IMG/VR virus record: IMGVR_UViG_3300027784_000001
Coordinates: 1 to 48,670 of that record
Reading direction: 5' to 3' (one strand)
DNA: 48,670 nt
From: a virus
The translations under genes were made by a program, and so were the position numbers. Of this stretch, positions 16,266 through 25,563 are shown piece by piece (within the stretch, counting starts at the first letter, position 1; each line of letters opens with the position of its first letter). A model generated the notes under the pieces. That model searched no databases. It saw only the letters and a list, made by a program, of their open reading frames with translations, and was not told the DNA's origin.

Positions 16266-16561
16266 AGTCGAAGCGGGAGCGGGAAGCGGGTGGTAGCCGC
16301 CTCTCTAAGGGCCAGCGCGATGCCCGGAAGGAATTCCGGAAGATACCTGACCCGATGTTCCCGTGGTATGTACAGGTTGCCGGTAGCGACCACATAGAAG
16401 CTACGATAGGCGAGATTAAGACCCAGTGGTCGCTCCGGGAGCTCGTCAGCGCTATCTACTACGTCCGCGGAGTAGACAAACTAGAGGAGGAGCAACGCAA
16501 GAAGCAAAAGCGGCAGCAAAGGCGGAGCAAAGTCAAGACTAAAGGCAGAGGCATGAGATGA
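15876..16561 (+). CDS. Tail assembly chaperone, long product made by -1 programmed frameshift: join(15876..16253,16253..16561), about 228 aa
   Basis: The -1 frame is open from the slippery site at 16247-16253 through listed ORF 16355..16561. It ends with ATGA overlap on the tape measure start. The otherwise non-coding 290-nt gap is explained only by this frame. Confidence 0.65.
16247..16253 (+). promoter_or_regulatory. Slippery heptamer T TTT TTG (X XXY YYZ) for the -1 ribosomal frameshift
   Basis: Zero-frame codons are gaT TTT TTG. It lies 4 codons before the zero-frame stop. Confidence 0.65.
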
Positions 16562-18375
16562 AACTGCGCGAGCTATTCGTAGAGATGTCCGTGGAGGCCG
16601 ACGACGATGAAGTCGAAGCCTTTAACGACTCTCTCGACAACTTAAAGAACGCGATGGGCCGCGTGGTTAAAGGGGCCGCTAAGATGGGCGCCGCAGTTGC
16701 GGCAGCCACCGGCGGCCTCGGCGTGCTGGCAGCCAGAGAATCGCAGCTCGCAGAGGAGTTTGTCCGCACTAGCCAAGCCTTTGACTTGGGCACGGATACC
16801 TACCAAGAGCTGCGCTTTGCCTTCCAGAGCCTCAACGCAAGCTCTGACGACCTCCATGATACCATGGGGAAGCTAGAGCGGCGCCTTGTGCGCGCTAACG
16901 AGGGTGCGGCCCAGTACCAGCGGACCTTTGCGGCCCTCAACATCGATGTTCAAGAGTTCTTGGATATGCCGATGGAAGAGCGGCTGATGGGCTTCTTTGA
17001 TGCCGCCCGTGACGCCTCGGATAGTGGCGAAGCGCTGGGCCGCCTGAGCCAGATTCTCGGCTCCGACTTGGCCCGCCGGCTCCTGCCGGGTATCAACGAT
17101 ACCTCCGGCGCTATGGAGCGCTACGTGGCCGTAGCCCAAGACGCCGGGCTGATTATTGAAGAGGAGCTCCTAGACAACGCGTTAGAGGCCCAGTTTTCTT
17201 TCCGCCTCCTCGGGGCGGCTGTCTCCGGCGTTACCCGGAACATCGGCGTCCGGCTGGCGCCGGCGTTTGCCCGCCTATCTGACCGTATCACCGATGCTAT
17301 TGTCCAAGTAGCAGACTATATACTGATACTGGCAGATAGCTTCACTAACTTCATATCCGGCGAGTTCGAGCACTTCTCGCAGATGTTCGAGGGGCTCAAC
17401 ACCGTCGTCCAAACGTACTTGGGAGGCTGGACGCCTATAATCAAGTTCCTTATCGGGGCCTTTGGCACGCTGGTAGCTGTGATGTCTGGAAAGGCTATTT
17501 ACGCTGCTATCATAGCCGCGAAGGTGGCCCTCGCCAAGTTTGCCGCGGTGGCAGGTGTTGCCTTTGCGCCGGCTATCGCCGCTATCCTCGCCATTGCCGC
17601 GGGGCTTGTATGGGGCGCCCTGCTGATACAGGACTTCATCGGGTGGTTCACGGATGCGCAGACCGCTGTCGAGCGGCTTGCTGAGCAGTCTGATTCCGAT
17701 ATGAGTTCGATGGTTGACGCCTTCTACAAGGTGGCCGGCGCCGTGCAGTCTATCTGGCGCGTAACGGCCACTATGTTCGGCGCGTGGATGATGCAAGTGC
17801 GCACTATGGTGGCCACTATTCAGCGGATATTCCAGAACCTCACTCCGCTCTTCTCTCTGCTGGTGCCTATAATTGTGGCGGTGGCCGGAGTGGTCGGCAT
17901 ACTCCTCGGCCTGATTATGAATTACTTCGCCATGCTAACCAACCTCGCGCTCCTCGTCATAGAAGCCTGGAGCTGGGCGGCTAAGCAGGTGATGCGTGTG
18001 GTGATGCCCGTGCTGGGCGCTATCGGCGACGCTATCGGCTTCATGTTTGACCAGCTGGGGCGGCTTGCCAGCCTCGCTTCTAACATCCCCGGCGTAGATA
18101 TGGGCGGCTCCGTAGAGGTAACCCGCGAGGAGGCCGAAGAGCGGGCGGGTACCGAAGAGGTAGACGAGGCCGGAAGGCGGGGCATGGAGGGCGGCGCCGC
18201 TAGCCGCGTAGACCGCTCCCGGTCCGAATCCCGCTACGAAGAAAATAACAACTTCGAGTACGAAGGGCCTACCTACAACATCGAAGGCGGGAGCCCCGAG
18301 GAAATAGCGCAGGCTGTCAATAAGCGAGAAGAGGACCGCGTTAAGCGGCTAGAGGATGATTATGCCCGTACTTGA
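16558..18375 (+). CDS. Tail tape measure protein
   Basis: 605 aa, Ala-rich and helical with central hydrophobic segments, following the frameshifted chaperone. Confidence 0.85.
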   Translation: MKLRELFVEMSVEADDDEVEAFNDSLDNLKNAMGRVVKGAAKMGAAVAAATGGLGVLAARESQLAEEFVRTSQAFDLGTDTYQELRFAFQSLNASSDDLHDTMGKLERRLVRANEGAAQYQRTFAALNIDVQEFLDMPMEERLMGFFDAARDASDSGEALGRLSQILGSDLARRLLPGINDTSGAMERYVAVAQDAGLIIEEELLDNALEAQFSFRLLGAAVSGVTRNIGVRLAPAFARLSDRITDAIVQVADYILILADSFTNFISGEFEHFSQMFEGLNTVVQTYLGGWTPIIKFLIGAFGTLVAVMSGKAIYAAIIAAKVALAKFAAVAGVAFAPAIAAILAIAAGLVWGALLIQDFIGWFTDAQTAVERLAEQSDSDMSSMVDAFYKVAGAVQSIWRVTATMFGAWMMQVRTMVATIQRIFQNLTPLFSLLVPIIVAVAGVVGILLGLIMNYFAMLTNLALLVIEAWSWAAKQVMRVVMPVLGAIGDAIGFMFDQLGRLASLASNIPGVDMGGSVEVTREEAEERAGTEEVDEAGRRGMEGGAASRVDRSRSESRYEENNNFEYEGPTYNIEGGSPEEIAQAVNKREEDRVKRLEDDYART

Positions 18376-19033
18376 AAACCAAGAGACCGGCGAATGGCTG
18401 ATGTTTGACGGCTTCGAGTCGGAGACTATCAGCTACCCGGCCAATGTCACGGACCACCCGCTGGAAAACAGCAAGTATGTTGTCGACCACATTCAGCAGA
18501 TGCCGTACACGGTAGAGATAACGGGGCTTATATCTAAGAACATCTTCGACCGCGGGCCTGACCCCGAGCTGGGCTATGGCGAGCAGCGCCATCGGCTCAC
18601 CCGCGACTACTTCGAGCGGTTAAAGGAGGATACGCTATTTACCTACATATCTTACAGCCTCGGCTACTTTGAAAACTTGGCCGTGGAAAACGTGGACCTT
18701 GAGACTAATAATGATATGTCCTCGGTGCTCAACGTTAGCATCACGCTCAAACACGTCGTAATTGGGCGCACGGAAGAGGTGGAGCTCCCGCCCATTATCG
18801 AGCCGGAGCAAGAGATCATGCTGGACGCCGGCGAGACACCCGCAGAGGAGGCCGATGAGGGCGCCCTGCTGCGTTTCGGGACGTGGCTAAACTCCGGGCT
18901 ATTCGGCGAGGTAGACCAAGACCCGCCCACGCCCGAGGGAGACGAGCTAGACGACGCCCCGCCGGAGCCACCGCCGCCCAGTGGTATATCTGACGTGCCC
19001 AGTGTTGGGGCAGGAAGTGGAGGAGCTGTATAA
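18356..19033 (+). CDS. Tail/baseplate assembly protein (position of Mu gp43 / P2 gpU-like)
   Basis: 225-aa ORF after the tape measure gene. Pro-rich C-terminus. Confidence 0.5.
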   Translation: MIMPVLENQETGEWLMFDGFESETISYPANVTDHPLENSKYVVDHIQQMPYTVEITGLISKNIFDRGPDPELGYGEQRHRLTRDYFERLKEDTLFTYISYSLGYFENLAVENVDLETNNDMSSVLNVSITLKHVVIGRTEEVELPPIIEPEQEIMLDAGETPAEEADEGALLRFGTWLNSGLFGEVDQDPPTPEGDELDDAPPEPPPPSGISDVPSVGAGSGGAV

Positions 19034-19341
19034 TGAGACTTCGAGAGCTAACTACGCTACCAGATAACGCAAAACATCGCATCTATGTAAGTATCAACGG
19101 CGTCCAGTACCTTATGGAGTTCGTATTCCGTAGCCGCTACTCGACGTGGTACCTGACGCTGAGGGAGCCCGGAGGCCGGAGGCTTGTGTCCGGCGAGGCC
19201 CTACACGGAGGCCAACGCCTATTCGACCTTAAAGGGCTGCAAGGCGACCCCTTCTACGTCCTTACGAAGGCGCGCACCGACCGGGAGACGCCGCAACTAA
19301 ACATTCCCCGCATCCTAATACTGGACCGCTATGAGCAATAA
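19033..19341 (+). CDS. Small tail/baseplate protein
   Basis: 102 aa with a GGAGGAG RBS. Confidence 0.5.
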   Translation: MRLRELTTLPDNAKHRIYVSINGVQYLMEFVFRSRYSTWYLTLREPGGRRLVSGEALHGGQRLFDLKGLQGDPFYVLTKARTDRETPQLNIPRILILDRYEQ

Positions 19342-20176
19342 GCAGGACAAGCTATATAGGGATGTCCGGCTACGCATGCTGGGCACCGAGTACAAGGACT
19401 TCCGCATAGACTTTGATATCCGGAAAGACTTGGCCGGGGAGCCCAACGAAGCGAAGATCCATATCTACGGACTATCGCCTGAGACTAGGGCGAGAGCGCT
19501 GGAAAATGAATTTGACACTGTAATCCAGCTCTATGCCGGGTACGAAGGCAACGTAGCGAAGCTGTTCGAGGGCCAGCCCATCCAAGAGGGAGTGACGGAG
19601 GAATCCGACGGGCCAGACAAGGAGATTATCATCGAGGCCGCGGGAGGCCGTAGCGTAATCAAGACGACTAAAGTCAGCTATAGCGTAGACCAAGTGCGCA
19701 CCTACCAAGAGGCAGTTAATGAGTTTACCATGGTAGCCGCCCGCGGGAACCCGCGGCTAGCCGAGCGGCCCATTGAGATTCAGCCGGACCTGCCCAACGG
19801 CCATAAGCAGCTGCCCGCGGGGATGGTGTACTCCGGCAACTTGCCCGAGATTGCTGATAGCTTGGCCGAGGACCTTGATGCAGATTGGAGCTTCCAAAAC
19901 GGCGTGTTTGTCTTCTTGCATAAGGAGGCCACAAGGCCCCGGCCCGGCCCGCTGTTTAGCGACGAGACGGGGAACCTCATCCATGGCCCCTCGCCGAAGG
20001 AGGGGGGCATAGAGATTACGGTGCTGCTAGAGGATATAGAGCCCGGCCAGCAGTTCAAAGTTAAGAGTAGGACGCGGCCCCAGAAGAACGGGGTCTATAA
20101 GGCGACCTCGGTGCACCATACAGGAAGCCGATATGAGGACAATTTCTACACTACTATCGAAGGGCGAGCAGTATGA
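19331..20176 (+). CDS. Baseplate hub protein (Mu gp44 / P2 gpD-like)
   Basis: 281 aa. N-terminal pattern FRIDFDIRKDLAGEPNEAKIHIYGLSPETR. Gene order supports the call. Confidence 0.6.
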   Translation: MSNKQDKLYRDVRLRMLGTEYKDFRIDFDIRKDLAGEPNEAKIHIYGLSPETRARALENEFDTVIQLYAGYEGNVAKLFEGQPIQEGVTEESDGPDKEIIIEAAGGRSVIKTTKVSYSVDQVRTYQEAVNEFTMVAARGNPRLAERPIEIQPDLPNGHKQLPAGMVYSGNLPEIADSLAEDLDADWSFQNGVFVFLHKEATRPRPGPLFSDETGNLIHGPSPKEGGIEITVLLEDIEPGQQFKVKSRTRPQKNGVYKATSVHHTGSRYEDNFYTTIEGRAV

Positions 20177-20856
20177 CTGTTAAATCAATGACAACGGGGA
20201 TAAAGAGCGTAATCAAGGGCATGTTCCGCAGCGTCTATACTACGCTGCCCGGAAGGGTGGAGGAGTACGATAAAGATACCCAGACCGCCAAGGTGAAGCC
20301 CCTGATTTCCCGGCACTACCTAGACGCTAAGAGGCTTGACCACGACTACGAAGAGTATCCGGTAATCCCCAATGTGCCCGTTATCTTCCCCGCCAGCGAC
20401 GCCGGGGGCATGACCTTCCCGCTGTCCGCGGGCGACCGGGTGTGGATACTGGTCTCAGCCCCGCCGCTTAGCGAGTGGCTACAGCAGACCTTGCCGCGAG
20501 TAATCAACCCGTTCTCTCGGCGGCGCTTCGACCTCTCCGATTCCGTCTGCCTGCCCGGCCCGCGCCCTCCCGGCGACGCGCTAGAGGCAGACAAGGTGCA
20601 CGATGAGGACGTGACTATCTACTCGGAGAGCGGGCGCCTACGTGTAGGGAGCTCTGCGGCTGAGCACCTGCTGGTGCGCGTGGACAAGCTGCAAGCCCAG
20701 CTGCAAGACTTGAAGCAGGCGTATGATGCGCACAGCCATAGCTACACCCAGCCGGCTACGGATAGCGAAGGCGGCACCACCAGCACCGGCAGCCCGGATA
20801 CTACATTCACAGTTAGCGAAGACCTAAATAGCGAGACGGTATATGTCGATAATTAA
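20173..20856 (+). CDS. Baseplate spike / assembly protein V-like (Mu gp45-like)
   Basis: 227 aa. An OB-fold-like N-terminus (LPGRVEEYDKDTQTAKVKP). Gene order supports the call. Confidence 0.6.
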   Translation: MTVKSMTTGIKSVIKGMFRSVYTTLPGRVEEYDKDTQTAKVKPLISRHYLDAKRLDHDYEEYPVIPNVPVIFPASDAGGMTFPLSAGDRVWILVSAPPLSEWLQQTLPRVINPFSRRRFDLSDSVCLPGPRPPGDALEADKVHDEDVTIYSESGRLRVGSSAAEHLLVRVDKLQAQLQDLKQAYDAHSHSYTQPATDSEGGTTSTGSPDTTFTVSEDLNSETVYVDN

Positions 20857-21196
20857 GTGGGACAGCGAGAGAGGGGCCGACGTAAGGAAGTCTGTTGAGG
20901 GGCCTCCGGCAGCAGTGCAGCGAGTTTTTATTCGACTAAACACAAAGTCTGGCGAGTATATATTGGACGATAGAGTTGGCCTTGACTGGGACAAGTGGCT
21001 CCAGAGTATGCCCTTCCCTGTTGAAGAGGCAAAAGAGTTTATCTTCGCTGCTATACAGGATACGCCCGGCGTCGAGAAGATTACCGGCCTCGATATGGAA
21101 GTAGACCCCGAGGACGCCAGCGTCGATATTCAGCTGCGGCTACTGCTAGACGGCGAAGAAGAGCCCCGCAATTATACTGTACACGTAGGAATCTGA
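20843..21196 (+). CDS. Baseplate wedge protein, gpW / gp25-like
   Basis: 117 aa, positioned between the V-like and J-like genes. Confidence 0.55.
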   Translation: MSIIKWDSERGADVRKSVEGPPAAVQRVFIRLNTKSGEYILDDRVGLDWDKWLQSMPFPVEEAKEFIFAAIQDTPGVEKITGLDMEVDPEDASVDIQLRLLLDGEEEPRNYTVHVGI

Positions 21197-21197
21197 T

Positions 21198-22394
21198 ATG
21201 TCTTTCATTGGCCCCGGCGGCCCGGAGATACCCACAGCAGCAGAGATACTGGAGATTTATCGTAATACCTACGAGGGAATAGCGGATGAAGAGCAAGACT
21301 GGGGAGAAGACACCTTCCTCGGTGCCCATAGCATCGCCCACGCGCAGATGCTTGCACCGCTAGGCGCCACTATCCAAGATTTGTGGGATTGCTTGTCGCT
21401 GGAGTCCGCTCCCGGCCCTGCCCTCGACAAAGTGTGGGGCGCACTGCTGAAAAGGCCCCGCAGAGCGGCCACACAGTCGCGTGCCCGCGTTACGATTGAG
21501 AACACGGGGAGCAGCTCCACCACGCGGAGCCCCGGCGACGTGTACGCAGATGACAACGGGGAAGAGTGGGTGTCTCTAGAGGCGGTTACGATTGATGCAG
21601 AGGAGACCGCGGAAATCCCCGTAGAGGCCGTAAGTGATGGGGCCATCTTTGCCGATTCCGGCGAGATTACCGAGCTCCTGACTGACCCGGCGGGCATCGA
21701 CGTGCTGGGCAACGAGAACCCGGCTATCCGAGGGCGGCCCCGAGAGCGGAACGAGCGCTACCGTGCGCGGCTCCGAGAGGCGTCCAAGGCCGGCAATGGA
21801 ATCTCCTATCTTGGCCTGCGCGATACCATCCGCGAGCTGCCCTTTGTGGAGACGGCAGAGGTCGTGCATAACCCGGAGAGCGAGGAGCAGGTCGTCAAAC
21901 AAGTGACGCTGCCTCCCCACTCGCTGGCTACCATCGTATACCCTCCCGAGCTTACGCAAGAAGAAGAGGAGGAGCTGTTTGACATTATAGAACAAAACTC
22001 CGCACCCGGCATCACGCAGGCCGCGCCCCCCGAGCTCGACGGACTGACTGTGGAGACCTTTCGGTCGGGCTACCCTCTCCGCTTCTCTTACGCGGCAGAG
22101 CTAGAGGTAGAAATTACCGGGATAGTTATCTACGACCCCGACTATGACGCGGATACGGTAGCGTTTGAAGTAGCGGAGGCCACGCTTGACTTGGTGCGCT
22201 CAACTCCGCTGGGCCGGGGCATTAGCGTATTTGATGTTATCGGGGCGATCCAAGGCGTAGACGGGGTAGTTAACTACGTGCCGAAGTTTAACGGCGTGCC
22301 CCTCACTGATATGGGGGTATTCGAGCCTGCGGCGTTCGAGTATATGGTCGTGCCCAGCGTAAACCTCGCAACGGTGGCTTCCGATGAGATATGA
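21198..22394 (+). CDS. Baseplate J-like protein (Mu gp47-like)
   Basis: 398 aa, in the canonical position. Confidence 0.6.
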   Translation: MSFIGPGGPEIPTAAEILEIYRNTYEGIADEEQDWGEDTFLGAHSIAHAQMLAPLGATIQDLWDCLSLESAPGPALDKVWGALLKRPRRAATQSRARVTIENTGSSSTTRSPGDVYADDNGEEWVSLEAVTIDAEETAEIPVEAVSDGAIFADSGEITELLTDPAGIDVLGNENPAIRGRPRERNERYRARLREASKAGNGISYLGLRDTIRELPFVETAEVVHNPESEEQVVKQVTLPPHSLATIVYPPELTQEEEEELFDIIEQNSAPGITQAAPPELDGLTVETFRSGYPLRFSYAAELEVEITGIVIYDPDYDADTVAFEVAEATLDLVRSTPLGRGISVFDVIGAIQGVDGVVNYVPKFNGVPLTDMGVFEPAAFEYMVVPSVNLATVASDEI

Positions 22395-22944
22395 TTTCGA
22401 GGCAGAAGACAATTACCCGGCAATCTATCGGAATTACCTGCTGGGTATCTGGGTGGGCTCCGGGACAATGCGCTTAGCGGACGCTGCGGCCAGCGTGGTA
22501 AACTACTTTGAAGGGTTGGCGCACCAGCTTAAAGTTGACGGACTAGCATTCGACTCCGGCACCGAAGAGACACTGCGCATATGGAGCCAGCTACTCCGCG
22601 AGCCGCAGGGTGCCCTGAGCGACGATAAGTGGCTTGACATAATCCGCGGGAAGTACAAGGCGTTAAATAGTGTAGGCAGTGTGGCGGATATTTTAGAGTT
22701 CGCGGAGCTCGTATCTGACGGTGAAGTAGAGCTCTACGACCAAGGTCCCGCGTGGTACCGGCTAACGCTGGCCGTCGCTGGCGGCCTGCCCGGAGACGAG
22801 GTAAAGCGGCTCTGGCGGTTCCTACGGATACTGACCCCGGCAGGGATTAAGTTCGATGCGATTCAAGGCGAAGAAGATATGTTCCGGTTCAATACTGGGC
22901 CGGGCTTTAACGAAGGCGGATTAGCGAGGATAATAGAACCATGA
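22384..22944 (+). CDS. Baseplate / tail protein I-like (Mu gp48 / DUF2313-like)
   Basis: 186 aa, following the J-like gene. Confidence 0.55.
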   Translation: MRYDFEAEDNYPAIYRNYLLGIWVGSGTMRLADAAASVVNYFEGLAHQLKVDGLAFDSGTEETLRIWSQLLREPQGALSDDKWLDIIRGKYKALNSVGSVADILEFAELVSDGEVELYDQGPAWYRLTLAVAGGLPGDEVKRLWRFLRILTPAGIKFDAIQGEEDMFRFNTGPGFNEGGLARIIEP

Positions 22945-24032
22945 GTCCAATTACAGAAGAGCCTGAAGACAATATCGAATGGGCGGAAAGCGGCATAGCC
23001 CCGCCCCAAGAAAACTCTACCGTTCCAGAGGAGCCCGCCTCCGATACACGGGACACCGGCTGGGGCTTTGGAGAGCCTCCCGGCCATGCGCAATTTAACT
23101 GGCTGATGCGGGCCTTTAGCCGATGGATACAATGGCTTAGCTACTTCATCGGGAACCACGTACATGACGGCGGCAGCGATGAACGCTCTGTGGATAAGAT
23201 AGACCTTGAAGAACACATTGACTACAGCGACGGCGACGGCAATGAAGCAGAGGGCCTAAAGGTACTACAAAACTCCCCCAGCGGGTTCGTTATAGAAGGG
23301 CCTAGAGGTTTTGGTGCGATTGCAGCAACCACTGCCGGCGAACAGATCCTCACGGACGATGTTGGAGCCCTACTTAATACCGGATCTGGGGAGTATATCA
23401 CACACCGACCCATCTCCTCCGCAGGGACTACTCTCCGCTCTACGCTGGCACCAGACATTCAAGCGCCTACAGGCACTAGCTCCGCGTTAATCCTGGATAG
23501 AGGTGTAGAAGTCGACGGTATTCGTAGCTTTAATACCCCCGCGCAAGTATTCCTCCGAGCCATATTCGGAATCTTTGAAGATCCGGAGGACGGCTCTACC
23601 CTTCTATTCCAACTAATTGGTGTAGTTAGCGGTGCAGGTACTCGTGAAGATACAAATCTTATTAATGTATCGCCAAGTACTAATGCTGAGGGTTTCGAGT
23701 TGTATACTGGAAACCTTGCAGGAGGCGGCCACGATAGTAGCGATCTACTAGATGTACAGGTTAGCGGCGGAAACCTTAGTAAAGCAAGCGGGGAAACCTT
23801 CGCTGCGGCCCTTACCCCTATTTTTGAGGTACTGCCAGATGAGGGTGAAGAGACTTTCGTCAACATCTCATTTATTTCCGCAGAGAGTGGTCTTCAAACT
23901 TTGTCTGACGTAGTGGAAGACGCTAACTCAAGGCCAGTGACGGTTGATGAGTTCCTAGAGGTACATATTAGAGTCTCATACCTTGACTCACCTATTTGGG
24001 CTGACAAAGACTTCTCAAGGGATTACAACTAA
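22941..24032 (+). CDS. Tail fibre / receptor-binding protein with an AT-richer C-terminal half
   Basis: 363 aa, last gene of the baseplate block. The composition shifts at about 23460. Confidence 0.6.
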   Translation: MSPITEEPEDNIEWAESGIAPPQENSTVPEEPASDTRDTGWGFGEPPGHAQFNWLMRAFSRWIQWLSYFIGNHVHDGGSDERSVDKIDLEEHIDYSDGDGNEAEGLKVLQNSPSGFVIEGPRGFGAIAATTAGEQILTDDVGALLNTGSGEYITHRPISSAGTTLRSTLAPDIQAPTGTSSALILDRGVEVDGIRSFNTPAQVFLRAIFGIFEDPEDGSTLLFQLIGVVSGAGTREDTNLINVSPSTNAEGFELYTGNLAGGGHDSSDLLDVQVSGGNLSKASGETFAAALTPIFEVLPDEGEETFVNISFISAESGLQTLSDVVEDANSRPVTVDEFLEVHIRVSYLDSPIWADKDFSRDYN

Positions 24033-24760
24033 TGACTAAGCTGATACATATTTCTGATTTACATATGCACGACTTCCGCTTCTCCGGGAATATGGTAGCG
24101 GCCACTAGGAAGCTGGTGCGCCGCATCATAAAGCAAGAAGACCCCGAGGAGTGCGTCGTCGTTATATCCGGCGACCTCGTGAGCTCTATGACAGAGCGGG
24201 AGAAGATTAGCGCGCTCTACGCCCTTCTGCCCCTTAAAGAGGCAGGCTTCCTAGTCGAGGTCTCCGAGGGCAACCATGATAACGGCCCGCTGGGGCTCAT
24301 CCTCCAAGACAGCGCTGTGCAGCACTTCAAGGCACTAGTAGAGGAGCTATGCGGCTACCGGCCCGACGACTATCCGCACCACGTAGAAGTCGGGGAGCTC
24401 ATCATAGTAAACATGAATAGCTCGCGCAGCCAGACGTTCCTAGCGAGTGGCCGGCTGGGTACAGAGCAGATGGACCGGGCGCAGGCGCTAATCGACGCGG
24501 CCCCGGACAAACACAGCGTGGTGACGTTCCACCACTGCCCCAGCAGCGGTAACCCCACTAGGCGGCTTAGCGACCGCATGGAGTTGAAAGAGCGCATCGA
24601 CTGCGACCTGATGCTCGTCGGGCACTTACACGAGGATAGGGAGTGGAGCAATACCTTCGGCGCTCGCCGGCTGATGAGCGTAGCGCCTAGCGCACGGGAA
24701 GACAAGTACAGGCGTATCTGGTTTACTGAGGAAGGAGGTATAGAATGGGACTGGGGCTGA
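24032..24760 (+). CDS. Calcineurin-like metallophosphoesterase with CpdA-type (class III cyclic-nucleotide phosphodiesterase-like) motifs
   Basis: Ordered motifs: ISDLHMHD (DxH), ISGDLV (GD), GNHDN (GNHD), TFHHCP (H), VGHLHED (GHxH). Confidence 0.8.
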   Translation: MTKLIHISDLHMHDFRFSGNMVAATRKLVRRIIKQEDPEECVVVISGDLVSSMTEREKISALYALLPLKEAGFLVEVSEGNHDNGPLGLILQDSAVQHFKALVEELCGYRPDDYPHHVEVGELIIVNMNSSRSQTFLASGRLGTEQMDRAQALIDAAPDKHSVVTFHHCPSSGNPTRRLSDRMELKERIDCDLMLVGHLHEDREWSNTFGARRLMSVAPSAREDKYRRIWFTEEGGIEWDWG

Positions 24761-25209
24761 GGCATCTACAAGACAAACTCGACAAGTGGGGTATCGAATA
24801 CTTCCGGGCAGAGGAGCTATGTAGGTTCCCCCGCTGGGGCGAGGTATCGGCGCCGCCTATTAAGCTACAGCGGAACATCCGTCCTACCGTAGAGTTCGCC
24901 GATGAGCTGCGTAGGCAGTTCGGGGCCGCTATTCGGTGCATCAATGGGTACCGTAATTACCTATACAACCGCGAAGTCGGCGGCGCACCGCAATCAGAGC
25001 ACCTATCCTTCCGCGCGATGGATATACAGCCTCTTGAGTACACCCAGCCGGCCATGGAGCGGCTTCGAGCCCTCGCCGTGGAGCTCGCTGAGGAGTGCGA
25101 AGGCGACGTGCGCATACTCCAATATGACAAGTTCATCCATGTGGACTTTGGAGCGGCAGATTGGAAGACTAGGGACCCGGAGAAACTAGACAACCGTACA
25201 AGGAGATAA
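24745..25209 (+). CDS. Endolysin, peptidase M15 family (zinc D-Ala-D-Ala carboxypeptidase / L-Ala-D-Glu peptidase fold)
   Basis: Motifs SEHLSFRAMD (SxHxxGxAxD-like) and FIHVDF. 154 aa, located next to a membrane lysis protein. Confidence 0.75.
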   Translation: MGLGLRHLQDKLDKWGIEYFRAEELCRFPRWGEVSAPPIKLQRNIRPTVEFADELRRQFGAAIRCINGYRNYLYNREVGGAPQSEHLSFRAMDIQPLEYTQPAMERLRALAVELAEECEGDVRILQYDKFIHVDFGAADWKTRDPEKLDNRTRR

Positions 25210-25215
25210 ACAGCG

Positions 25216-25563
25216 GTGGAACAGGCCATTATAACCATAGCCTCAAGCGCAGGAGGAGGGGCGGCCATCATCGGCCTAGTGCTCTACCTGCTGGTCAAGC
25301 GGATGAAGCACCGGGAAGACCATAAGCTAGAGCTAGAGCGCCTCCGCGCAGATAGCGAAGAGGGCCTCTACCACCGCCTTCGGGCCGACGTAGAGCGCTC
25401 CCATGATGCGCTGGGCAGGCAGCGCGAATATATCCAAGTGTTGGAGGCCCGCCTACGGCAGTGTTCCCTCTGCGATGATTGCCGCGAGCGCACCGACCTG
25501 CCCCCAGCGCAAGCGCCACCCGGCGAGGGCGTTGACGACTGTGACAGCTGTGACGGGGTGTGA
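25216..25563 (+). CDS. Membrane-anchored lysis protein (holin or i-spanin-like): N-terminal TM helix, coiled coil and a Cys-rich tail
   Basis: GTG start with an AAGGAG RBS. TM segment IITIASSAGGGAAIIGLVLYLLV. The last 7 codons (CDSCDGV) are encoded by the first iterons of module B. Confidence 0.6.
   Translation: MEQAIITIASSAGGGAAIIGLVLYLLVKRMKHREDHKLELERLRADSEEGLYHRLRADVERSHDALGRQREYIQVLEARLRQCSLCDDCRERTDLPPAQAPPGEGVDDCDSCDGV

Noticed and set aside
16012-16296. +1-frame ORF overlapping the chaperone gene as the frameshift partner
   Set aside because: It has no slippery site for +1 shifting and does not connect to the tape measure start. The -1 frame with the T TTT TTG heptamer explains the whole gap.
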